The notes under the pieces were generated by a model. The model made no database searches. It saw only the letters and a list, made by a program, of their open reading frames with translations, and was not told the origin of the DNA. Positions 53,121 to 64,000 of a stretch of 64,000 nt of DNA are shown piece after piece; the stretch's first letter is position 1, and the number at the start of each line of letters is the position of its first letter. The position numbers and the translations under genes were made by a program. Source of the stretch: Eledone cirrhosa (taxonomy: Eukaryota); NCBI GenBank assembly GCA_964016885.1, contig OZ024748.1, forward strand, positions 36,208,001 to 36,272,000. The letters run 5' to 3'.

Positions 53121-55742
53121 TCTTCTGTCTTGATAAAACACATTGACATTGGTTGTCTTCTCTTGATAAAACACACTGACATTGGTTGTCTTCTCTTGAT
53201 TAAACACATTGACGTAGGTTGTCTTCTCTTGATAAAACACACTGACATTGGCTGTCTTCTGTCTTGATAAAACACACAGACATTGGTTGTCTTCTGTCTT
53301 GATAAAACACACTGACATTGGTTGTCTTCTGTCTTGATAAGACACATTGACGTAGGTTGTCTTCTCTTGATAAAACACACTGACATTGGTTGTCTTCTGT
53401 CTTGATAAAACACACAGACATTGGTTGTCTTCTGTCTTGATAAAACACACTGACTTTGGTTGTCTTCTCTTGATGAAACACACTGACATTGGTTGTCTTC
53501 TCTTGATAAAACACACTGACATTGGTTGTCTTCTCTTGATTAAACACATTGACGTAGGTTGTCTTCTCTTGATAAAACACACTGACATTGGTTGACTTCT
53601 GTCTTGATAAGACACATTGACGTAGGTTGTCTTCTCTTGATAAAACACACTGACATTGGTTGTCTTCTGTCTTGATAAAACACACAGACATTGGTTGTCT
53701 TCTGTCTTGATAAAACACACTGACATTGGTTGTCTTCTGTCTTGATAAGACACATTGACGTAGGTTGTCTTCTCTTGATAAAACACATTGACATTGGTTG
53801 TCTTCTGTCTTGATAAAACACACAGACATTGGTTGTCTTCTGTCTTGATAAAACACACTGACTTTGGTTGTCTTCTCTTGATGAAACACACTGACATTGG
53901 TTGTCTTCTCTTGATAAAACACACTGACATTGGTTGTCTTCTCTTGATTAAACACATTGACGTAGGTTGTCTTCTCTTGATAAAACACACTGACATTGGT
54001 TGTCTTCTCTTGATAAAACACACTGACATTGGTTGTCTTCTGTCTTGATAAAACACACTGACATTGGTTGTCTTCTGTCTTGATAAAACACACAGACATT
54101 GGTTGTGTTCTGTCTTGATAAAACACACTGACATTGGTTGTCTTCTGTCTTGATAAAACACATTGACATTGGTTGTCTTCTCTTGATAAAACACACTGAC
54201 ATTGGTTGTCTTCTGTCTTGATAAAACACACTGACATTGGTTGTCTTCTCTTGATAAAACACACAGACATTGGTTGTCTTCTGTCTCGATAAAACACACT
54301 GACATTGGTTGTCTTCTGTCTCGATAAAACACACTGACATTGGTTGTCTTCTGTCTTGATAAAACACACTGACATTGGTTGTCTTCTCTTGATGAAACAC
54401 ACTGACATTGGTTGTCTTCTCTTGATAAAACACACAGACATTGGTTGTCTTCTCTTGATTAAACACATTGACGTAGGTTGTCTTCTGTCTTGATAAAACA
54501 CACAGACATTGGTTGTCTTCTCTTGATAAAACACACTGACATTGGTTGTCTTCTGTCTTGATAAAACACACTGACATTGGTTGTCTTCTCTTGATTAAAC
54601 ACATTCACGTAGGTTGTCTTCTCTTGATAAAACACACTGACATTGGTTGTCTTCTCTTGATAAAACACACAGACATTGGTTGTCTTCTGTCTTGATAAAA
54701 CACACTGACATTGGTTGTCTTCTGTCTTGATAAAACACACTGACATTGGTTGTCTTCTCTTGATAAAACACACTGACATTGGTTGTCTTCTGTCTTGATA
54801 AAACACACAGACATTGGTTGTCTTCTGTCTTGATAAAACACACTGACATTGGTTGTCTTCTGTCTTGATAAGACACATTGACGTAGGTTGTCTTCTCTTG
54901 ATAAAACACACTGACATTGGTTGTCTTCTGTCTTGATAAAACACACAAACATTGGTTGTCTTCTGTCTTGATAAAACACACTGACATTGGTTGTCTTCTC
55001 TTGATGAAACACACTGACATTGGTTGTCTTCTCTTGATAAAACACACTGACATTGGTTGTCTTCTCTTGATTAAACACATTGACGTAGGTTGTCTTCTCT
55101 TGATAAAACACACTGACATTGGTTGTCTTCTGTCTTGATAAAACACACTGACATTGGTTGTCTTCTGTCTTGATGAAATACACTGACATTGGTTGTCTTC
55201 TCTTGATAAAACACACTGACATTGGTTGTCTTCTGTCTTGATAAAACACACTGACATTGGTTGTCTTCTCTTGATTAAACACATTGACGTAGGTTGTCTT
55301 CTCTTGATAAAACACACTGACATTGGTTGTCTTCTCTTGATAAAACACACTGACATTGGTTGTCTTCTGTCTTGATAAAACACACTGACATTGGTTGTCT
55401 TCTGTCTTGATAAAACACACAGACATTGTTTGTCTTCTGTCTTGATAAAACACACTGACATTGGTTGTCTTCTGTCTTGATAAAACACACTGACATTGGT
55501 TGTCTTCTCTTGATAAAACACACTGACATTGGTTGTCTTCTGTCTTGATAAAACACACTGACATTGGTTGTCTTCTCTTGATAAAACACACAGACATTGG
55601 TTGTCTTCTGTCTCGATAAAACACACTGACATTGGTTGTCTTCTCTTGATGAAACACACTGACATTGGTTGTCTTCTCTTGATAAAACACACTGACATTG
55701 GTTGTCTTCTCTTGATTAAACACATTGACGTAGGTTGTCTTC

Positions 55743-58700
55743 TCTTGATAAAACACACTGACATTGGTTGTCTTCTGTCTTGATAAAACACACTGACATT
55801 GGTTGTCTTCTCTTGATGAAACACACTGACATTGGTTGTCTTCTCTTGATAAAACACACAGACATTGGTTGTCTTCTCTTGATTAAACACATTGACGTAG
55901 GTTGTCTTCTGTCTTGATAAAACACACAGACATTGGTTGTCTTCTCTTGATAAAACACACTGACATTGGTTGTCTTCTGTCTTGATAAAACACACTGACA
56001 TTGGTTGTCTTCTCTTGATTAAACACATTGACGTAGGTTGTCTTCTCTTGATAAAACACACTGACATTGGTTGTCTTCTCTTGATAAAACACACTGACAT
56101 TGGTTGTCTTCTGTCTTGATAAAACACTGACATTGGTTGTCTTCTGTCTTGATAAAACACACAGACATTGGTTGTCTTCTGTCTTGATAAAACACACTGA
56201 CATTGGTTGTCTTCTGTCTTGATAAAACACACAGACATTGGTTGTCTTCTGTCTTGATAAAACACACTGACATTGGTTGTCTTCTGTCTTGATAAAACAC
56301 ACTGACATTGGTTGTCTTCTATCTTGATAAAACACACTGACATTGGTTGTCTTCTGTCTTGATAAAACACACTGACATTGGTTGTATTCTGTCTTGATAA
56401 AACACACTGACATTGGTTGTCTTCTGTCTTGATAAAACACACAGACATTGGTTGTCTTCTGTCTTGATAAAACACACAGACATTGGTTGTCTTCTGTCTT
56501 AATAAAACACACAGACATTGGTTGTCTCCTGTCTTGATAAAACACACTGACATTGGTTGTCTTATGTCTTGATAAAACACACTGACATTGGTTGTCTTCT
56601 CTTGATAAAACACACTGACATTGGTTGTCTTCTGTCTTGATAAAACACACTGACATTGGTTGTCTTCTGTCTTGATAAAACACACTGACATTGGTTGTCT
56701 TCTGTCTTGATAAAACACACTGACATTGGTTGTCTTCTGTTTTGATAAAACACACAGACATTGGTTGTCTTCTGTCTTGATAAAACACACTGACATTGGT
56801 TGTCTTCTGTCTTGATAAAACACACAGACATTGGTTGTCTTCTGTCTTGATAAAACACACTGACATTGGTTGTCTTCTGTCTTGATAAAACACACTGACA
56901 TTGGTTGTCTTCTATCTTGATAAAACACACTGACATTGGTTGTCTTCTGTCTTGATAAAACACACTGACATTGGTTGTCTTCTGTCTTGATAAAACACAC
57001 TGACCTTGGTTGTATTCTGTCTTGATAAAACACACTGACATTGGTTGTCTTCTGTCTTGATAAAACACACAGACATTGGTTGTCTTCTGTCTTGATAAAA
57101 CACACTGACATTGGTTGTCTTCTGTCTTGATAAAACACACTGACATTGGTTGTCTTCTGTCTTGATAAAACACACTGACATTGGTTGTCTTCTGTCTTGA
57201 TAAAACACACAGACATTGGTTGTCTTCTGTCTTGATAAAACACACAGACATTGGTTGTCTTCTGTCTTGATAAAACACACTGACATTGGTTGTCTTATGT
57301 CTTGATAAAACACACTGACATTGGTTGTCTTCTCTTGATAAAACACACTGACATTGGTTGTCTTCTGTCTTGATAAAACACACTGACATTGGTTGTCTTC
57401 TGTATTGATAAAACACACTGACACTGGTTGTCTTCTGTCTTGATAAAACACACTGACATTGGTTGTCTTCTGTCTTGATAAAACACACTGACATTGGTTG
57501 TCTTCTGTCTTGATAAAACACACTGACATTGGCTGTCTTCTGTCTTGATAAAACACACTGACATTGGTTGTCTTCTGTCTTGATAAAACACACATACATT
57601 GGTTGTCTTCTGTCTTGATAAAACACACAGACATTGGTTGTCTTCTGTCTTGATAAAACACACTGACATTGGTTGTCTTCTGTCTTGATAAAACACACTG
57701 ACATTGGTTGTCTTCTGTCTTGATAAAACACACAGACATTGGCTGTCTTCTGTCTTGATAAAACACACAGACATTGGTTGTCTTCTGTCTTGATAAAACA
57801 CACTGACATTGGTTGTCTTATGTCTTGATAAAACACACTAACATTGGTTGTCTTCTCTTGATAAAACACACATACATTGGTTGTCTTCTGTCTCGATAAA
57901 ACACACAGACATTGGTTGTCTTCTGTCTTGATAAAACACACTGACATTGGTTGTCTTCTCTTGATAAAACACACTGACATTGGTTGTCTTCTGTCTTGAT
58001 AAAACACACTGACATTGGTTGTCTTCTGTCTTGATAAAACACACAGACATTGGTTGTCTTCTCTTGATTAAACACATTGACGTAGGTTGTCTTCTGTCTT
58101 GATAAAACACACAGACATTGGTTGTCTTCTCTTGATAAAACACACTGACATTGGTTGTCTTCTGTCTTGATAAAACACACTGACATTGGTTGTCTTCTGT
58201 CTTGATAAAACACACTGACATTGGTTGTCTTCTCTTGATGAAACACACTGACATTGGTTGTCTTCTCTTGATAAAACACACAGACATTGGTTGTCTTCTC
58301 TTGATTAAACACATTGACGTAGGTTGTCTTCTGTCTTGATAAAACACACAGACATTGGTTGTCTTCTCTTGATAAAACACACTGACATTGGTTGTCTTCT
58401 GTCTTGATAAAACACACTGACATTGGTTGTCTTCTCTTGATTAAACACATTGACGTAGGTTGTCTTCTCTTGATAAAACACACTGACATTGGTTGTCTTC
58501 TCTTGATAAAACACACTGACATTGGTTGTCTTCTGTCTTGATAAAACACTGACATTGGTTGTCTTCTGTCTTGATAAAACACACAGACATTGGTTGTCTT
58601 CTGTCTTGATAAAACACACTGACATTGGTTGTCTTCTGTCTTGATAAAACACACAGACATTGGTTGTCTTCTGTCTTGATAAAACACACTGACATTGGTT

Positions 58701-60484
58701 GTCTTCTGTCTTGATAAAACACACTGACATTGGTTGTCTTCTATCTTGATAAAACACACTGACATTGGTTGTCTTCTGTCTTGATAAAACACACTGACAT
58801 TGGTTGTATTCTGTCTTGATAAAACACACTGACATTGGTTGTCTTCTGTCTTGATAAAACACACAGACATTGGTTGTCTTCTGTCTTGATAAAACACACA
58901 GACATTGGTTGTCTTCTGTCTTAATAAAACACACAGACATTGGTTGTCTCCTGTCTTGATAAAACACACTGACATTGGTTGTCTTATGTCTTGATAAAAC
59001 ACACTGACATTGGTTGTCTTCTCTTGATAAAACACACTGACATTGGTTGTCTTCTGTCTTGATAAAACACACTGACATTGGTTGTCTTCTGTCTTGATAA
59101 AACACACTGACATTGGTTGTCTTCTGTCTTGATAAAACACACTGACATTGGTTGTCTTCTGTTTTGATAAAACACACAGACATTGGTTGTCTTCTGTCTT
59201 GATAAAACACACTGACATTGGTTGTCTTCTGTCTTGATAAAACACACAGACATTGGTTGTCTTCTGTCTTGATAAAACACACTGACATTGGTTGTCTTCT
59301 GTCTTGATAAAACACACTGACATTGGTTGTCTTCTATCTTGATAAAACACACTGACATTGGTTGTCTTCTGTCTTGATAAAACACACTGACATTGGTTGT
59401 CTTCTGTCTTGATAAAACACACTGACCTTGGTTGTATTCTGTCTTGATAAAACACACTGACATTGGTTGTCTTCTGTCTTGATAAAACACACAGACATTG
59501 GTTGTCTTCTGTCTTGATAAAACACACTGACATTGGTTGTCTTCTGTCTTGATAAAACACACTGACATTGGTTGTCTTCTGTCTTGATAAAACACACTGA
59601 CATTGGTTGTCTTCTGTCTTGATAAAACACACAGACATTGGTTGTCTTCTGTCTTGATAAAACACACAGACATTGGTTGTCTTCTGTCTTGATAAAACAC
59701 ACTGACATTGGTTGTCTTATGTCTTGATAAAACACACTGACATTGGTTGTCTTCTCTTGATAAAACACACTGACATTGGTTGTCTTCTGTCTTGATAAAA
59801 CACACTGACATTGGTTGTCTTCTGTATTGATAAAACACACTGACACTGGTTGTCTTCTGTCTTGATAAAACACACTGACATTGGTTGTCTTCTGTCTTGA
59901 TAAAACACACTGACATTGGTTGTCTTCTGTCTTGATAAAACACACTGACATTGGCTGTCTTCTGTCTTGATAAAACACACTGACATTGGTTGTCTTCTGT
60001 CTTGATAAAACACACATACATTGGTTGTCTTCTGTCTTGATAAAACACACAGACATTGGTTGTCTTCTGTCTTGATAAAACACACTGACATTGGTTGTCT
60101 TCTGTCTTGATAAAACACACTGACATTGGTTGTCTTCTGTCTTGATAAAACACACAGACATTGGCTGTCTTCTGTCTTGATAAAACACACAGACATTGGT
60201 TGTCTTCTGTCTTGATAAAACACACTGACATTGGTTGTCTTATGTCTTGATAAAACACACTAACATTGGTTGTCTTCTCTTGATAAAACACACATACATT
60301 GGTTGTCTTCTGTCTCGATAAAACACACAGACATTGGTTGTCTTCTGTCTTGATAAAACACACTGACATTGGTTGTCTTCTCTTGATAAAACACACTGAC
60401 ATTGGTTGTCTTCTGTCTTGATAAAACACACTGACATTGGTTGTCTTCTGTCTTGATAAAACACACAGACATTGGTTGTCTTCT
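55743..60484. repeat. Tandem duplication, period 2422 bp
   Basis: Identical ORFs 55883/58305, 56019/58441, 56912/59334 and 57295/59717. Markers GTCTCCTGTC and GTTTTGAT recur at this offset. Confidence 0.9.
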
Positions 60485-63400
60485 GTCTTGATAAAACACA
60501 CTGACATTGGTTGTCTTCTGTCTTGATAAAACACACTGACATTGGTTGTCTTCTCTTGATAAAACACACTGACATTGGTTGTCTTCTGTCTTGATAAAAC
60601 ACACTGACATTGGTTGTCTTTTCTTGATAAAACACACAGACATTGGTTGTCTTCTGTCTCGATAAAACACACTAACATTGGTTGTCTTCTGTCTTGATAA
60701 AACACACTGACATTGGTTGTCTTCTCTTGATGAAACACACTGACATTGGTTGTCTTCTCCTGATAAAACACACAGACATTGGTTGTCTTCTCTTGATTAA
60801 ACACATTGACGTAGGTTGTCTTCTGTCTTGATAAAACACACTGACATTGGTTGTCTTCTGTCTTGATAAAACACACTGACATTGGTTGTCTTCTGTCTTG
60901 ATAAAACACACTGACATTGGTTGTCTTCTGTCTTGATAAAACACACTGACATTGGTTGTCTTCTGTCTTGATAAAACACACTGACATTGGTTGTCTTGTC
61001 TTGATAAAACACACTGACATTGGTTGTCTTCTGTCTTGATAAAACACTGACATTGGTTGTCTTCTGTCTTGATAAAACACACAGACATTGGTTGTCTTCT
61101 GTCTTGATAAAACACACTGACATTGGTTGTCTTCTGTCTTGATAAAACACACAGACATTGGTTGTCTTCTGTCCTGATAAAACACACTGACATTGGTTGT
61201 CTTCTGTCTTGATAAAACACACTGACATTGGTTGTCTTCTATCTTGATAAAACACACTGACATTGGTTGTCTTCTGTCTTGATAAAACACACTGACATTG
61301 GTTGTCTTCTGTCTTGATAAAACACACTGACCTTGGTTGTATTCTGTCTTGATAAAACACACTGACATTGGTTGTCTTCTGTCTTGATAAAACACACAGA
61401 CATTGGTTGTCTTCTGTCTTGATAAAACACACTGACATTGGTTGTCTTCTGTCTTGATAAAACACACTGACATTGGTTGTCTTCTGTCTTGATAAAACAC
61501 ACTGACATTGGTTGTCTTCTGTCTTGATAAAACACACAGACATTGGTTGTCTTCTGTCTTGATAAAACACACAGACATTGGTTGTCTTCTGTCTTGATAA
61601 AACACACTGACATTGGTTGTCTTATGTCTTGATAAAACACACTGACATTGGTTGTCTTCTCTTGATAAAACACACTGACATTGGTTGTCTTCTGTCTTGA
61701 TAAAACACACTGACATTGGTTGTCTTCTGTATTGATAAAACACACTGACACTGGTTGTCTTCTGTCTTGATAAAACACACTGACATTGGTTGTCTTCTGT
61801 CTTGATAAAACACACTGACATTGGTTGTCTTCTGTCTTGATAAAACACACTGACATTGGTTGTCTTCTGTCTTGATAAAACACACTGACCTTGGTTGTAT
61901 TCTGTCTTGATAAAACACACTGACATTGGTTGTCTTCTGTCTTGATAAAACACACAGACATTGGTTGTCTTCTGTCTTGATAAAACACACTGACATTGGT
62001 TGTCTTCTGTCTTGATAAAACACACTGACATTGGTTGTCTTCTGTCTTGATAAAACACACTGACATTGGTTGTCTTCTGTCTTGATAAAACACACAGACA
62101 TTGGTTGTCTTCTGTCTTGATAAAACACACAGACATTGGTTGTCTTCTGTCTTGATAAAACACACTGACATTGGTTGTCTTATGTCTTGATAAAACACAC
62201 TGACATTGGTTGTCTTCTCTTGATAAAACACACTGACATTGGTTGTCTTCTGTCTTGATAAAACACACTGACATTGGTTGTCTTCTGTATTGATAAAACA
62301 CACTGACACTGGTTGTCTTCTGTCTTGATAAAACACACTGACATTGGTTGTCTTCTGTCTTGATAAAACACACTGACATTGGTTGTCTTCTGTCTTGATA
62401 AAACACACTGACATTGGCTGTCTTCTGTCTTGATAAAACACACTGACATTGGTTGTCTTCTGTCTTGATAAAACACACATACATTGGTTGTCTTCTGTCT
62501 TGATAAAACACACAGACATTGGTTGTCTTCTGTCTTGATAAAACACACTGACATTGGTTGTCTTCTGTCTTGATAAAACACACTGACATTGGTTGTCTTC
62601 TGTCTTGATAAAACACACAGACATTGGCTGTCTTCTGTCTTGATAAAACACACAGACATTGGTTGTCTTCTGTCTTGATAAAACACACTGACATTGGTTG
62701 TCTTATGTCTTGATAAAACACACTAACATTGGTTGTCTTCTCTTGATAAAACACACATACATTGGTTGTCTTCTGTCTCGATAAAACACACAGACATTGG
62801 TTGTCTTCTGTCTTGATAAAACACACTGACATTGGTTGTCTTCTCTTGATAAAACACACTGACATTGGTTGTCTTCTGTCTTGATAAAACACACTGACAT
62901 TGGTTGTCTTCTGTCTTGATAAAACACACAGACATTGGTTGTCTTCTGTCTTGATAAAACACACTGACATTGGTTGTCTTCTGTCTTGATAAAACACACT
63001 GACATTGGTTGTCTTCTCTTGATAAAACACACTGACATTGGTTGTCTTCTGTCTTGATAAAACACACTGACATTGGTTGTCTTTTCTTGATAAAACACAC
63101 AGACATTGGTTGTCTTCTGTCTCGATAAAACACACTAACATTGGTTGTCTTCTGTCTTGATAAAACACACTGACATTGGTTGTCTTCTCTTGATGAAACA
63201 CACTGACATTGGTTGTCTTCTCCTGATAAAACACACAGACATTGGTTGTCTTCTCTTGATTAAACACATTGACGTAGGTTGTCTTCTGTCTTGATAAAAC
63301 ACACTGACATTGGTTGTCTTCTGTCTTGATAAAACACACTGACATTGGTTGTCTTCTGTCTTGATAAAACACACTGACATTGGTTGTCTTCTGTCTTGAT

Positions 63401-64000
63401 AAAACACACTGACATTGGTTGTCTTCTGTCTTGATAAAACACACTGACATTGGTTGTCTTGTCTTGATAAAACACACTGACATTGGTTGTCTTCTGTCTT
63501 GATAAAACACTGACATTGGTTGTCTTCTGTCTTGATAAAACACACAGACATTGGTTGTCTTCTGTCTTGATAAAACACACTGACATTGGTTGTCTTCTGT
63601 CTTGATAAAACACACAGACATTGGTTGTCTTCTGTCCTGATAAAACACACTGACATTGGTTGTCTTCTGTCTTGATAAAACACACTGACATTGGTTGTCT
63701 TCTATCTTGATAAAACACACTGACATTGGTTGTCTTCTGTCTTGATAAAACACACTGACATTGGTTGTCTTCTGTCTTGATAAAACACACTGACCTTGGT
63801 TGTATTCTGTCTTGATAAAACACACTGACATTGGTTGTCTTCTGTCTTGATAAAACACACAGACATTGGTTGTCTTCTGTCTTGATAAAACACACTGACA
63901 TTGGTTGTCTTCTGTCTTGATAAAACACACTGACATTGGTTGTCTTCTGTCTTGATAAAACACACTGACATTGGTTGTCTTCTGTCTTGATAAAACACAC
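59350..64000. repeat. Tandem duplication, period 2463 bp, with an internal 558-bp repeat; runs off the window end
   Basis: ORF pairs 59717/62180, 60240/62703 and 60672/63135. Marker GACCTTGG (CC position) at 59426, 61331, 61889 and 63794. Confidence 0.88.

Larger units (their letters stand above)
35600..58000. repeat. Older large colinear duplication: ~35.6-44.7 kb corresponds to ~48.6-58 kb (offset drifting from about 13.2 to 13.8 kb)
   Basis: Colinear ORF pairs 35848/49039 (13191), 36622/49948 (13326), 38040/51232 (13192), 38683/52211 (13528), 39907/53540 and 41284/54917 (13633), 42254/56019 (13765). Confidence 0.75.
1..64000. repeat. Tandem satellite array of 35-bp and 33-bp monomers (consensus CATTGGTTGTCTTCT[GT]CTTGATAAAACACAC[T/A]GA), extending past both window edges
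   Basis: The monomer is directly readable throughout the window, always in the same orientation, with no intervening unique sequence. The most common variants are loss of GT (33-mer) and ACTGA>ACAGA. Confidence 0.99.

Noticed and set aside
683-55783. Short plus-strand ORFs (…LLIKHTDIGC… repeats)
   Set aside because: They arise wherever several 33-bp (in-frame) monomers are consecutive and are translations of the satellite, not genes.
58984-63963. Cys-rich metal-binding or zinc-finger repeat protein (CQC/CLC motifs)
   Set aside because: The Cys residues come from the TGTG microrepeat on the minus strand and lack conserved zinc-finger or metallothionein spacing.
225-64000. Many long minus-strand ORFs (up to 1659 aa) as protein-coding genes
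   Set aside because: They overlap in all three frames with the same repeated text, are frameshifted by ubiquitous 2-bp indels, and have no unique N- or C-terminal domains or codon-position bias. They are a by-product of a stop-free monomer.
1-64000. CRISPR array (35-bp repeat with weak dyad symmetry)
   Set aside because: The repeats are directly adjacent with no unique spacers, and there is no leader or cas gene in the window.
1-64000. Telomerase-type telomeric repeat
   Set aside because: There is no TTAGGG-like G-rich unit, and variants are propagated in kilobase blocks (recombinational copying) rather than re-templated per unit. A subtelomeric location cannot be excluded.

Overview
The whole 64-kb window is one uninterrupted, head-to-tail, single-orientation tandem satellite array. 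I saw no unique DNA, spacers, inversions or credible genes. The consensus monomer is 35 bp (CATTGGTTGTCTTCTGTCTTGATAAAACACACTGA; 37% GC; no CpG). It is interleaved with a 33-bp form that lacks one GT (…CTTCTCTTG…), giving roughly 1,850-1,900 monomers by length arithmetic. All ORFs are artefacts: the consensus has no stop codon in any minus-strand frame. The information lies in the variant monomers. (i) Nearly pure 35-mer domains alternate with mixed 33/35-mer domains that carry a multi-substitution CpG monomer (ACATTGACGTAGG). (ii) A fixed marker cassette recurs 14 times, mostly at domain junctions. (iii) Nested duplications have offsets from 558 bp to about 13-18 kb, with no single fixed higher-order repeat. 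(iv) Two islands are more diverged. (v) Several independent point variants each perfect the monomer's imperfect dyads, which suggests quasi-palindrome-templated mutation. The array is most likely eukaryotic heterochromatic satellite, but organism, chromosomal location and function cannot be determined from this sequence. Duplication offsets were derived from identical ORF-track entries and spot-checked by eye with rare marker variants; block boundaries are approximate.
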